The notes under the pieces were generated by a model. That model was not told where the DNA came from and ran no database searches. It worked only from the letters and a program-made list of their open reading frames with translations. From Spongospora subterranea f. sp. subterranea (Eukaryota): a DNA stretch of 64,000 nt. A program made the translations under genes and the position numbers. The stretch lies in NCBI GenBank assembly GCA_049724395.1, contig JAUGWO010000107.1, positions 248,001 through 312,000 of the forward strand, read 5' to 3'. Positions 37,032 through 50,933 of this stretch are shown here, in pieces. Numbering within the stretch: the first letter of the stretch is position 1; each line of letters opens with the position of its first letter.

Positions 37032-39582
37032 CTATATGGATGCTTCACTGTCGCCGCTTTCGATTTCCCATTTACTGTCAGTTTCTCTTTTTAACTCCTG
37101 AAGTCCACTTATTTCCTCTAGCATTGAAGGATGGTTGATTGCATCCAGGACAAAATTCCAGCCGCGCCGCAAGAAGTGACTGACGATCTGAAAACAACAA
37201 CATGAGTAGGTGTGAAACCATGATGCGATTATAACAACTTGTTCGGAACATGCGATGCAATGTTGAAACGCCATCCCTTTCACGACAGTAAGGCGATATT
37301 GGGCCAGCCACCCTCGTATCTGATGAGGAACCGTGTCCTGAGGAGTACCTGATAAACCCCCGCCTGGAATGCTATCTGACGCATCTGAGGGTTTCGCCCC
37401 AGGACGATGCATCCATGATACGGCCAGCTCGACTGCCAATGCTGCCGCTATGGGTGCAACTCCTGGAGATCAGTATTAGGTTCAGGTCGGATCTGCATGA
37501 TGCAATCAAGAGACCTGGTCTTGTTATAGTGCATTGCTGATCGAGAAGGCGGTCAGATATTGAATCCCCTGGAGCAGTGACGTCGCTGCAAAAATAACAC
37601 CCTAGAGCTTCCTTGTCGGCCGATTCCTTAACCATCCATGAAATGAAAATTAGAGATCCGAAAGAACCCACTACTAGCGAGGTTTCTCACTGTCATTCCA
37701 TGACGCATTACCACAAATGTGTCAAATCCTAATGCACAATCGATTAGCATCTTATTCCTGGCTTTCGCTATCAAAGTCGGAAGCCAACGCGACTCTCGGG
37801 AATCGGTCAGTAGGAAAGTAATGTCGCTTTCTTCGATAGAGTCTTGCAGGACAAGGAAACTGTTCTGCTGCGCTTCAATATTGCTAGGGCCAATAGGATG
37901 ACCGACCATTCCAACAGTAATAACACGACCTGTTCAATTACTCTCTTTAGCACAGCCCATGATAATAATATTGACATATCCACACCGATAGCGCTAATCG
38001 CAGGACAGATTTGCTTCATTGCTTTGGAGGCAACATCTGCTTTATATTGCTTCTCTCCAGAACAGTGCTCATATTGATATAGCGATTGACGGACTGGATT
38101 TGAGAACGAAACTTGACCGTTATCAATGAAGACAAAATTTTGAACGCCCTACAGAAGTGTTGAAGCAAACAATGTATAAATTGTGGGCGACTCTTACCCA
38201 AGCAGCTAAATCTCGTGCTACGCTGCAGCCCAGCGTACCTGCCCCAACAATCAGGACTTTCAAGCTGAAAATACCTTTGGTGAACAGCATGTTGTTAGGA
38301 TCACAAAAGAGTAATTTGACCTTTTCAATAGGGGCAGGTTGAGTTCCGGAAACTGTCGCCACTTCATCAATCGAAGATTGAGATCTGTACTTGACGAAGA
38401 TAGAATCTCTGGACTCATCAGCATCCCTGGAAAAACCACACATCAGGCCAATGCAATCAACAGCAAAACTGTTCAACCCAGGTCGACGGAGCGCGGTCCC
38501 GGCTTGGAGTTGGCATTGGTTTCCCAGCCAATCGGTACAGATCGAGAAATGTCGTGCAAGATAGGGTCAGCAATTGTCACATATTCTACCGTTGATTGCG
38601 CTGCAATATCGCTTGATTTCAGGCATACGAAAACATAGCTCTAAGGTATAAGACCTGTTAACTTCTATGAAGAATGACAAGGATATGACAACATACCCCA
38701 GGACCGAACCTCATCGCAACAGCGCTAACGAAATTCCTCAAAATCCACGAAGGAGCTTGTTTCTGTGATGCAGGGTCGAAAAATGCAAAAATAACATTTT
38801 CTTTTGTGTCGATTTCGGTGAGGTTCAGTATTTCGACATCATTTACGCCTGGGCAACATCGGAATGCGAAGAAACACGATACTTGGCGATTGCTTGCCAA
38901 TTCTTGATTTAACGATGCAATTTGAGGTTGAGTTAGCACCTATTTCTCTCCCTTAATTCCAGCATATTTCTTCCCATAACATTTTACCTTGTCAAGCGGA
39001 AGGCAAGTTTTCCTTAACACTTGCAGCTTGGGAGTTATCGCCGGCAATCCGAACCAGTATTGGTAGTAATGACGTTTAACGTCAGGGTAAACGACTAAGA
39101 TGAAGCGCGTCAGAAGCTGAGGATCCCGATACGCGGCGCCGCTCTCGATGTCTCTCCCGATTGATTCCGCCGATTCCGACAAAGTTCTCGAAGCGTCAAA
39201 GCCTTTCCAGGTCTGAAGATTTGGATATATTTTGAGTATTCCCGGTGCTCTCCACACAAAGGACCTGACGAAGAGAATCAATGAGCGACCCATACCGATT
39301 CGACAACAACAGAGACACCTTTCTGGTTGGTCATCAACAAAACTGTGCGATCCAATAGAGAAGATGGGTGGAACTAGCTCATTTCCAAAAGTATATTCGG
39401 CGAAGATCTCTTGATTTTCGCTGCTGTCTTTGTATTCATCAATAATCTTGACAAACACGCTCAATCCGCGTCCAGATCGTTGTGCACATCCATGAACTTA
39501 CATTTTCGGAAAGTGAGCTCCAGAATGAGGAATCAATTGCACTGCGGATGCGTATGAACTTGATAGCAGTTTGCGACCCCAT
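37032..39582 (-). CDS. ATG7: Autophagy E1-like enzyme, multi-exon
   Basis: Motifs [67 protein letters not shown] and the catalytic [10 protein letters not shown]. Confidence 0.96.
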
Positions 39583-41276
39583 CCGCTTACCAATACCACA
39601 GCAAGGTTTGATTGCCAGCTAGCGAATCCAGGGACCGCACAACAATCTCCGACTATTAAAATACTAATCTATCTCCGACAATCGCAATTATTCGGATGAT
39701 GGACCTCAGAATATGTGGTTGAACGAGATCGCGTTGTGCTCGTCTCAATTCTCAGGCTGGCTCTTCTTTAAGGACATTCGCATTGCGATGACAGCAACGA
39801 TGGCCGCGCTGGACGTTGGCAATTTTGATTCGCGCGGTTGTCCAGCACGGTCCCAGGAAAACCAAGGTGCGATATTCTGTGAAATAATCGTATCCGGACA
39901 GACGTCATCATATATATGCACGGTAGACTCGACAACGATTTTATGGCGACTTTATTCTCAACGACTTCAACAAGCACAATGGCACTGGATAACAAGTCCA
40001 GTGAAGATATCGGTTGGTCCTAAATGTTGTTTGTCCTTGGGCAGCGTATAGACTACTTATTCAGTGATTTCTTGGCCGAAAATGCACAGCTTACCCAGTT
40101 TTGCAAACCTCTATTGAGTGACCATGACTTGGTCAGGACGTGTATTGCCTCCGATGCTGGCAAGAAGCAAAGAAGAACAGCTTCGATATGTATTTTTTCA
40201 ACCTTGGCTTCTTATAGCTTCTCTTACACTGAAATCTGAAGAAGCCAGCTGCAGCTTCACCCTCATTCGACAATCACCGCCGAATCTTAATTAATTAGTC
40301 ACGGCACCAAGTAAATAGAGACTTGTACGATTTCCAGAGAAAGTGATGAAAGTAGATTGCTAATCGTTATTTTGTCGATGACTGGATTTGATTTCGGAGA
40401 TTAAAAAAAGATCAATTCATTGAATTAGGCACTAAATTGATTCCTCTGCAGAGAGGCAAATGGCAACGAATGGGTATAAGTTATCTATTGAGGAAAGTTC
40501 ACCCTTATCACATAATGTGTATTGATCAAGATATAATACCCCAATTCAAGGGAATCGCAATTAGGCAAATTGATGATATCTTCGATGGCAACTGGCGAGT
40601 CGTAGGTCGGGACTCCGTCATGATCATTGGCACAGGTGAAAATTCAAAGGCGTTGCGCTGATTGAGTATGAGACATCTCTAGGGACTCAAAGTTAGTGGT
40701 GGACGATAATTGAAGGACAATAGATGACACTATATAGCACAGTATTTCATAATGGCAGCAGATATATTTACTAAGAGTTAACCATAGTGAAGGCGAGGGG
40801 ATTATGGAAAGGATGGTCTTGATCATGATTACCTGCCATGAGCACCATGAGCCCAATTGACAACGGAAGTATCCGAGGACCTGGATTGATTTGCAGCGAT
40901 ATATATAGACTCGCTATTGCTAGGGATAGGGCCTTTTTTACGATAAGGAGGACGTTATGACTGCCTTGATTTTGATCAGCAACTGATTTGGGCGTTGTAC
41001 CGAGAAAGCCGCAAACAGCACGCTGAGGACTGATAAAAACGGGACATTGACTATTTTTCAAATTCCATCTCAGTTTCAAAATCCTGGTCTTGAACAATCC
41101 CAGAACTTTCGCCCTCAACAATAATCTGACGACCTCTCGACACATTCCTATTGATATGGGACGTAATCACTGCGCTAACAATGAACGCGACCAGAAAATC
41201 AGTTTCCGATCCGAAAGGAGCAGATCTATGATGAATAACAAAGTATACATTTGTATAGAGCAATAACAGATTATTG

Positions 41277-41366
41277 GTGTTCGGTAAAGTGATTATTATT
41301 GTGTTCGGTAAAGTAATTATTACTGTGTTCGGTAAAGTGATTATCATTGTGTTTTATAAAGTGATT
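41277..41366. repeat. 24-bp tandem repeat, about 3.7 copies
   Basis: gtgttcggtaaagtgattattatt repeated with small variants. Confidence 0.9.
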
Positions 41367-41558
41367 GACGGAGTTGTTTACGGCATAATGGTCAGGGGGG
41401 CAATATTGTTAACATCCTCATAATCACCGACAAACATAGGTAGCCAGGATCTCCATTACCAAACGGATTACACCTTCCAATCGCCCCTATAACAGGAGTG
41501 AACATCACTAAAGAGGGACACACCATCGACTAAATAGAATCGGACAGCGTGTTCAGAC

Positions 41559-44500
41559 ATGAATGGCGGAAAGGGTGCTGATTCCAGTGATGAAGAAGAA
41601 GTAGGCGGCTGATTGACTGTCCCACCGTAGTAATCTGCTCATCTAATTTAATTGATCAGGTTTCCAGCTCTGCTGGTGAAGAATCGTTCTCCGATGCATC
41701 TTCAGATTCCGATGCGATCGGGGCGTCTTCTCGCAAAAGACCAATGCCATTGGCCACCAAAAGGCCAATGACCGCATCAAAGAGGCCAAGAGTGGCGTCG
41801 AAACAACCAGCTGTGGCATCAAAACGCCCTGCCGCCAGTAAGCGGCCTGCAGTTGCTTCGAAGAGACCGGCAAGCAAAAAAATGCCAAGTAAACGCCCAG
41901 TTGCTACGAAATCCAGCTCAGATGAGGAAGAAGATGTGTGTACCTCGTATTTATCTTTTTTTTCACATTGCATCTGATTTTTGGAGCGGCCAGGAGGATA
42001 TTTCCGAGGACGAAGACGAGGAGGAGAATAATGCCGAACCTGAAGCTGATGATGACGATGCGTCTGACGACGAGTCATTCCGGGATACAAAGCGGAAAAA
42101 GGGGTCGAACCCGCGGTTAGATGTCGAATTTGTCGTAATGATAGTGACCAACCCGCTGCGTCTAGGTCGAGGTTTATTGATGACTCTGCCGATGTCGATT
42201 TGGATGCCGATGAAGACGATGAAGAGGAAGAAGCGGGCGTTCAACAACTCGCAAAAGAAATCGCCGATAAACGTTCTGCTGCTGATGTAATTATACTTCC
42301 AGCTCTAGGCCAATTCATTTTTGTAACTAGTATATAGCTTGAAAGAGAGCGCCAAGAACGAAGGAATGCATTAATTGTAGATCCTGCGGCCGAAGCTGAA
42401 GAAATGAAACGCCTTGCCTCTGATGTACTAGGTCACGACCTTTATGTTTGATTCGTCTCTGACCTTGCGTTAAGGTTTCAAGAAGATACAACATTCCTGA
42501 CTACGATGATATGGAGGACGAAGAGGAAGAAGAAGAGGAAGAGGAGGAAGAAGCTGATGAGGAAAAGGTTTTTGATGGCCGGCTTTCTTTATGGGTTTGT
42601 TTCCAATTGAATTCTAGGCGGTTCGCGGGGCACCAATTCGCAACCGACGTCGTTCCAGTGGGCAACAGTTGAATCCATTGCCCTCAATCAGAGATCCAAA
42701 GCTGTGGCTTGCCCGTTGCAAGCCTGGCATGGAACAGCAGATTATATGTGATCTTATGAACAGGTTGTACAGATTCACGTCGATCACCGTTGCTAAAGTT
42801 GAAAATTCATTTTCAGGTGTTACGCAAGAGCCGCCCTTCCACAAGATGCACTTTTCATAAAAACTGCATTCATGACGAATGTGGGGGCTGGTTATTTTTA
42901 TGTTGAAGCAGAAAAGGAGGTACATGTGCAGAAAGCTCTTGCCAATATCCGCTTCGTAAATTCAAGGAAAATAACTTTGGTCCCAATTAAAGAAATGGTT
43001 CAAGCGATAACTATACACAAGAAAAAAGTATGTTTTGATTGGCGAGCTGTATCCAGGCTATTCAAACTAGCTGTGGCGCTTGTTTAGGTTGTTGTCAAAA
43101 GAGGGGACTGGGTTCGCTTAAAACGCGGCATTTATAAGGGAGATTTGGCCCAAGTTCTTGTCACTGGTGATCAAGGAACTCAAGTTACCGTAAGAACAAT
43201 TCCCAGGTTAGACTACACTAAACTGGGAAGTGATAATAAGCAAGGTTGTGTTATGGTCCTGAAATGTTGAATTTTTGGTTCACTGTACTACGTTAGGTCA
43301 TTTTACTCTGAAATCTCGACCGCCTGCTCGCCTAGTGAATCCTGCAGAATTGAGGGAACTGGGGGAATATCTTGAGAGGCGGCAAGAACCCATGACAAGA
43401 ACCAGCTGCCTGTTCTACAATAATAATTTTTACAAAAACGGGTTTTTGTATAAAACAATGAAGGTTGGGGAATGGTGCTGCCGTTCAATATGCCGTCTAA
43501 CGCGTTCCTTTTGGCCTAGATCAGCGGTATTGTCGTAGAAGGGATGGGTGCTACTACCCTTTCCGAAGTCGAAAAGTTCCAGTCTCGGATTGCCGAAAGT
43601 GACGATGAAGCGGATGACCAGGATGACGATCTTCTTGAGGCATGCAAGGTTACGAATTTGCCCTATCTCTTTCGTCCGTTATATTTAAGAGGCTCTTAAG
43701 GCGGTTTCTGCTGTTGCTGCTCACGAGCATGGTCCTCGTTTCACCAAAGGAAATAATGTTAAAGTTATCCACGGAGACTTACAGCATCTCACGGGTGTGG
43801 TTGTCAACGTAATTGGTGATAAAGTTACGATCATGCCTGCGCATGAGGTCAGATAGAGCGCTGTTCCACAGCTCATTTCGACTCATTCTTCGTTGACAGG
43901 ACCTTCAAGAACCCATTACCTTCCCAGAATCTGATCTCAGGAAATATTTCAAGCTGGGAGACCATGTAAAGGTATATAACGCTTTTTGCTGCCAATTAGG
44001 TTTTCAATATGTTTAGGTTGTTCGTGGAGAATACAAAGATGAAACCGGATTAATTGTTCGTGTTGAAGATGATGAAGACATTATTGTAGGTAAATGGTTG
44101 TTACTTTTAACTGCATACTTAAAGTTTCGGCAGGTCGTTTTTTCGGATATCAGTTCGAGGGAAATGAGGGTTTTTGCCACAGATCTCATTGAGTCATCTG
44201 AGGTAAATAGTAGTGAGGTCAAGTAATTGTCACGTCATTTTTTTTTTCAGGTATCCGCGGGCCGTGATACTCTTGGTAATTATGAGCTTCATGATCTTGT
44301 AACTATACATGACGCTGTTGGAATTATTGTCAAAGTTGAAATTGGGTCAGTTCAAGTTCTTGACACAAAGGTTGTTTTTTAAACAATGTGAGGGCCAGCC
44401 GCGATTCTGAAGATTGTTACCAGGGCATTATAGTTCCTATTCGCCTACAAGATATCGGCCGCCGTCGCAATAATCGCTTCTCAGTCGCATTAGACGTCAA

Positions 44501-46014
44501 CAATAGGCAAATTGCATCGGGAGACGCCGTCAAAGTCATATCTGGTGGAGGGCCTTACTCTGGCGTATCAGGATCGATATTACACGTTTTCAGGTCGTTC
44601 GTGTTTATTCGTTCACGTGAGGTATTTTCTTTGTTGTTGAAGACGGCCCCAAAAAACAAATCAATTTCGCCATAGATTCCGGATAACGGCGGGGTTTTCG
44701 TTGTTCGAGCCCGCACCGTTAGCCTCACTGGCGAGCAACACTTTACGAATGACAGCCGTTCTACTTCAACAGTAGCGGGCACTGGTCCATCGCGTAAGTA
44801 ATATCTTTCACTTGTTGGTTCCGTCTTTCGCTCATCAACGTGCGTGTAGGTGGTACAGGAGGGTCGCTTCCCACGTTTGCCAGAGGCAAACATCGCCAAT
44901 CGCATCATCCTTTGCTGAGCGAGACTGTTGTAATCAGGAGTGGACAGTTCAAAGGTCTCCTTGGTATTGTTAAGGATGCCACCGATACGTTCGTAAGAGT
45001 CGAACTTCATTCTCAATCTAAAGTTGTCAATGTCCCCATTGGCAATGTCACTGTTCGCGGCAGTAATATGTCGATGTCAAGGTCAGTACGTAAATATAGC
45101 GTCCGTTTCATCATTAAGTCTGCTATTCAGCAATATGACCTACTCTGGTTCGCAAACCCCGATGATTGGCGGGCAGACGCCTGCCTGGTCGTCTGGCTCA
45201 CGAACTCCCATGCACCCCGGTTCAATGACGCCTTTGCATTCATCAGCAACTCCATCCCATGAATCATCTGCTTGGAGTGCAAATGTTCCTTTGACTCCCC
45301 TTCACTCAACGACACCCTCGGTCACAACTCCATCAGTAAATCAGGCTGATGATCAGGATCCGTATTGGCATATGCACCATACTCCCCGCACTCCAACCGC
45401 ACCAATTACGCCATATGGCAATATCTACGATACTCCAGGTACATGTCTATCCATTACTGGTCGGGTTTACTTTTCATATGTTCGCAGCGACGCCATCCGA
45501 CCCGATAACCCCTCATACTCCAGCGACTCCATATGAAAGTGGTGCTGGAATTTACACACCAGAACCTCATACACCATACACGCCGATGTCATCTTCATAC
45601 GCAATGCCGGCTACACCCAATCCGGTTACACCGACCCCGTTTACACCGTCCTCGCCGATGCCGGTTACAAGTGCAGCTGGTTTTTCGACAAATGCGAGGG
45701 ACTGGGCACAAGTCGGGCTCGAGGTTATTTGCCACACTGGAGCAAGTGGAGTTATATCTGCTATTGCACCAAATGGAACAGCGACGTTATTGGTAGATGG
45801 TGAAACTATTACTGACGTTCCACAATCCACACTGCAGGCCTCAACGCCAGCGAAGAATGATAACTTAATGATTATCGCTGGTGAAAACAAAGGACAAATA
45901 GGGACACTTTTGGGGATGGATGGTGCCGACGGGATCGTGAAAATGGAATCACTTGATATTAATATTATCGAAATGTCAAGTTTGTGCCGATTAGCTTCAA
46001 AACCAGAAAGTTAA
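41559..46014 (+). CDS. SPT5: Transcription elongation factor SPT5, many exons
   Basis: Acidic N-terminus, NGN domain (LPSIRDPKLWLARCKPG, GYFYVEA), KOW repeats (GDWVRLKRGIYKGDLAQV; GQFKGLLGIVKDAT), TP-rich CTR (GGQTPAW) and a C-terminal KOW. Confidence 0.96.
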
Positions 46015-46083
46015 AAAATAAAATACCCGAGTTTCAATTTATCTTAGAATTGGGACACGAATCGCTGATAGGGCTCTCGGTAT

Positions 46084-47386
46084 TTATTGTGTTGCTATAT
46101 TTTTTTGATGTGGGAATACGACCGTTACAAACGATTGTGGATCTTGTTGGCGACGATACGAGTAAGGAAACTTCTCAAACCCGTGAGTGGCAGCGCCGTG
46201 GTCACCAGCAACGTTTACCGCAATCACGGCTCCTGAAAAATCAGGGAACTTCTTTGCGATCCGATTGATGGCGTCCTGTGCTGCCTGTGTGGGAGTCATT
46301 CCTGACCATGAACTCGTTAATGATGGCATGTAAATTGTTCAACACTTTCACCTAAGCGCATATTTTCTACTGTTTGATAGCATGGTAAAAAACGCATCAT
46401 GATGTCACCGTCGCCGGTGCTCCCACATCCCCCGACTGTGCTATCAGCATAGCTGCCCTAGCGACAATAATGAATACTAAATCAGTAAATTGTTAAAAAA
46501 GTTACTGATCCTATTATTGGACCGTCGCCAACACGACCGGCGATCTTGTGTGATGCGCCGTTTGTAGAAGTAGCGGAAGCGACGTCTCCTTTATAAATAG
46601 CTACCATCGATATCGTGTCATGTGTCTGTGGACTTTAAGAATGAAAATCTTTGGTAAATAGAAACCCGAGATTACTGAACTGTATATGTACGCTCAGGAT
46701 GACCACATTCAAAAGCAGATTCTGCCAAAAGTTTGTACGGCCCACAAGCAATCGAGCTTTGTGGAGTCAGGTTCGCAGTCGTTGACCAGAAATTCGGCTG
46801 ACATTGGAAGTCATTCCGCCATCGATTGTAAATAGCTTTTGATTGTTCACTCGACAGCGATTGTCTTGCCATACCTAAGGTGATTTCTGCGAAATCGCTG
46901 GCTTGGCTTCCACAAAGCATAGAATGTCTCGTAGCTTCCATAACCTGTTTGAAATTCCGGCGTAAGTATTCCTGTGTCTAGGAAATTCATTTTTTTACTC
47001 CACGAGCTACCGCTATCGCGTCAGGAATCTGACGCAAGGCTCCTACAGCACCGGCATTCATGGTTGTTCCACACATGATCATCGCATCTAGCGTAGTTTC
47101 TCCGTTCTCGTCTGGACTTCCACCTTCGCCCACTGTGCCATCACATCGATTTTGCTCGCCTAGGAGTTCAAATCATTTCTACATCAGCAAGGCTACGTTG
47201 CGATATACAAGCAGCACATCCAGCTTGCACCAAGTCTACGGCTTTGGCATCTGAGCGATTATGCATTTCCGCCCATGCCGCATCCGTTGCAGTGGTGAAT
47301 GCCCAAGTCGAAACAGCAATCGACGACGGTTGAGAGTTGGTTGCCCCAATGAATACGACGATGATCGTTAATAACAAAAGTGTCAT
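46084..47386 (-). CDS. AGA: N4-(beta-N-acetylglucosaminyl)-L-asparaginase (glycosylasparaginase), secretory/lysosomal; multi-exon
   Basis: Signal peptide; motifs [35 protein letters not shown], autocleavage site [16 protein letters not shown] and [12 protein letters not shown]. Confidence 0.95.
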
Positions 47387-47470
47387 GTGAATGAGGATAA
47401 GAGAGCACAAACAGGTCAGATACTGTAGTTGCGTGGTGTACTGTGTAACACAATAACATGGAAAAAGACT

Positions 47471-48693
47471 GGGTTGGGGAAGGGTCCCACCTCCTCTCAC
47501 AGAGATGTCATAAACAGGGTTGGGGAAGGGTCCCACCACCTTTCACAGAGATGTCATAAACAGGGTTGGGGAAGGGTCCCACCTCCTTTCACAGAGATGT
47601 CATAAACAGGGTTGGGGAAGGGTCCCACCTCCTTTCATAGAGATGTCATAAACAGGGTTGGGGAAGGGTCCCACCTCCTTTCACAGAGATGTCATAAACA
47701 GGGTTGGGGAAGGGTCCCACCTCCTTTCACAGAGATGTCATAAACAGGGTTGGGGAAGGGTCCCACCTCCTTTCACAGAGATGTCATAAACAGGGTTGGG
47801 GAAGGGTCCCACCTCCTTTCATAGAGATGTCATAAACAGGGTTGGGGAAGGGTCCCACCAGAGATGTCCTTTCACAGAGATGTCATAAACAGGGTTGGGG
47901 AAGGGTCCCACCTCCTTTCACAGAGATGTCATAAACAGGGTTGGGGAAGGGTCCCACCTCCTTTCACAGAGATGTCATAAACAGGGTTGGGGAAGGGTCC
48001 CACCTTTCCAGAGATGTCATAAACAGGGTTGGGGAAGGGTCCCACCTCCTTTCATAGAGATGTCATAAACAGAGATGTCATAAACAGGGTTGGGGAAGGG
48101 TCCCACCTCCTTTCACAGAGATGTCATAAACAGGGTTGGGGAAGGGTCCCACCTCCTTTCACAGAGATGTCATAAACAGGGTTGGGGAAGGGTCCCACCT
48201 CCTTTCATAGAGATGTCATAAACAGGGTTGGGGAAGGGTCCCACCTCCTTTCACAGAGATGTCATAAACAGGGTTGGGGAAGGGTCCCACCTCCTTTCAC
48301 AGAGATGTCATAAACAGGGTTGGGGAAGGGTCCCACCTTCCTTTCACAGAGATGTCATAAACAGGGTTGGGGAAGGGTCCCACCTCCTTTCACAGAGATG
48401 TCATAAACAGGGTTGGGGAAGGGTCCCACCTCCTTTCATAGAGATGTCATAAACAGGGTTGGGGAAGGGTCCCACCACCTTTCACAGAAATGTCATAAAC
48501 AGGGTTGGGGAAGGGTCCCACCACCTTTCACAGAAATGTCATAAACAGGGTTGGGGAAGGGTCCCACCACCTTTCACAGAAATGTCATAAACAGGGTTGG
48601 GGAAGGGTCCCACCACCTTTCACAGAAATGTCATAAACAGGGTTGGGGAAGGGTCCCACCTCCTTTCACAGAGATGTCATAAACAGGGTTGGG
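47471..48693. repeat. 46-bp G-rich minisatellite, about 26.5 copies
   Basis: Head-to-tail unit gggttggggaagggtcccacctcctttcacagagatgtcataaaca with no unique spacers; three irregular units in the middle. Confidence 0.97.
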
Positions 48694-48751
48694 CCTGGGA
48701 GGAACCTCCTTCTCCACCTCCCGGTTTACTCGTGTGCTGTGAATTAATCAA

Positions 48752-49920
48752 TCATTGTGTTTTATTGGTCTCGCGGATCAGTATATCTTTGGATTGACCA
48801 TTTTCAAGCGGAATATCAACAGCCCTCCAACTAAGCCAGAATAAGGCGGAGAAAACTATGAATGTCTGTACGAGAGGAAACAACAGGAGCGGATCGCCAA
48901 AGATGTTGAGTTCAGCATGTTGGCTGACGAAGCTGTAGGAGTTGGTTATCACCAACAATAACAAAAATAGTACTGCGAAATGGATACCATGCAAGAAAGT
49001 TATTTAGCGCATGTAATATGATGGATTCCCAAAGTGACCGTGACATTATGATCCTGCAAAATATCGAATGGAATCATGTTCAACAAAAATAAAATGAAAT
49101 CCATACCTGATCGAATAGAAGCCTGATATTAAAAAGGAAAGTAGGATCTGGAGACAAACTGGGAGATACACGGTGAACTATTATCAAGGGAAAGCGTATA
49201 CAAACTCACCGTATTGAGTTGAATATTTGTTTGAAGCAAAGTTCAGCATGTGGATTAAACTGAAGAAACCGCAAGAACCGGAAACGATGACCAACTTGTT
49301 ATCTGGCATCCTACCAAATAAAAGCTATATATCAACAAGTTAGCTAATGAATAACCCTTCAGCGAACCTGCGTCGCAGAATTGACATAATAATTCCCCTA
49401 AACACGATCTCTTCTTGTATCGGAGCGATGATCACCATTTCAACCATTAGTCGCCAGTTGAACCAGCCATTACTATTATAGAGATTGGACCATGAAACCG
49501 ATGTGCTTCCGCTCATGCTATGAATCCAACACAATGCAATATGGGATATGGCCAATAACATGATCAAAAACAGACTAATTGTTGACAGTCGAACTTGATG
49601 CAGCCCTAACCTGAACAGGGACAATCATTCAATATACGAACAATGATTGGTATTCTAACTATATACTACATCTCAGCATATTTGGAAATTGGAAAGTCAT
49701 AAGATGACCAATGGCGATGCATCATCCAGGAAAGCATCGCTAAAGATGCGAATACAGATGCAGATATTGACAATAGATCACTCTCCAGGTGAGATGAGCG
49801 AATAATGGTTGACGATAATGACGCGATCATGATGTATTCCACGACGGTCACCAAACATTCGGTTATGGCGACAACTGACCGAGGAGGTACAGCCTTATCG
49901 TTGCTAGTCGGCTTAGTCAT
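48752..49920 (-). CDS. CPBP/Rce1-like (CAAX prenyl protease type II, Abi family) intramembrane protease, multi-exon
   Basis: Multiple TM segments and all three family motifs: APIQEEIVFRG (EExxxR), FFSLIH (FxxxH) and LHALNN (HxxxN). Confidence 0.85.
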
Positions 49921-50933
49921 CGTCCTCAATGGATAACGTCGAGACAGGAGTCGACCAAGGAATTGGTCATATGGCGCTTCGGTATCCGTGATAAACGTTG
50001 ACAAGATCGACGATCAGACATAGGAAGATAGGAACTACTATAGTTTATCAGCAGATAAAGGTCTGCCTTGGTAAGGATTGTATTCTATTCTGGATTTCAC
50101 AATCCGCTATCAGGGAAAAAACAATGATATTGATGCCAGTTGTGTTGTTATTTGATTGCTATGAATACCGAACTAAACCTGATTTTCAGATGACCAGCGA
50201 TTCACAGAAGCTGACACGTTGGGGCCAAGGGCCAAGAGAAGAACGAACATGGATCAATTATTGGAACCAGATTATTCGCAGCCAGATAAAAAAAATTTAT
50301 TTAAAAGATGGTTCTGGATTATGATCAAAACGAGCAAAGGGGTGATTATTATTCAACCCACATTCATACCAAACGGAAAGTTAAGATCAAAAGATGGATA
50401 ACGATGGACCAACCGCTGCAAAAAGCGTAATAGTTGGTTACCAAAATGTAAAACATCCTTTCGCTGTTCTTTAGACAGCAGATGTTTCAATACTTAAATA
50501 ACGAATAATGAGCTCCATCATGTGTTTTCAGTTTCGCAATCATATAAAAGACCGTCTTCCAGAGCAAATCGTAGATTTACACACTAAATATAGCGAACAA
50601 TACACGGGAAAATAATCGGAGGACACTGAGATATATCCGGCGTGAGGCATTGAAACCCGAACGACCGAACCACAGGTAAGCTCCTCGAGCTCCCCACCCA
50701 TCGCCATAATCATCAACCCTCGATATCCTTCACATCCCCATCGTGATAACCACGAACCCCCTCGACACGCTCCTCCTTCACCACCATCATCTATTACACC
50801 AGTGATCCACGGACTGCGCACCGCATATATATATATCGTCATTGGGAACCCAACACACCTCATTCGTCCTAGAGATCATTTTAGACAGTGATTATCTACC
50901 GAGTCTACAGATATCACCAATACCTAGATCAGT

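Noticed and set aside
47471..48693. CRISPR array or telomere
   Set aside because: Units are head-to-tail with no unique spacers, there are no cas genes, the context is eukaryotic, and the 46-bp unit is not a short telomeric motif.
48228..48797. ORFs inside the minisatellite
   Set aside because: By-products of a repeat unit with non-ATG starts; no evidence of coding.
49990..50900. Coding ORFs between the CPBP protease and the eIF4B-like gene
   Set aside because: Short overlapping frames without domains; more likely decayed or intergenic sequence.
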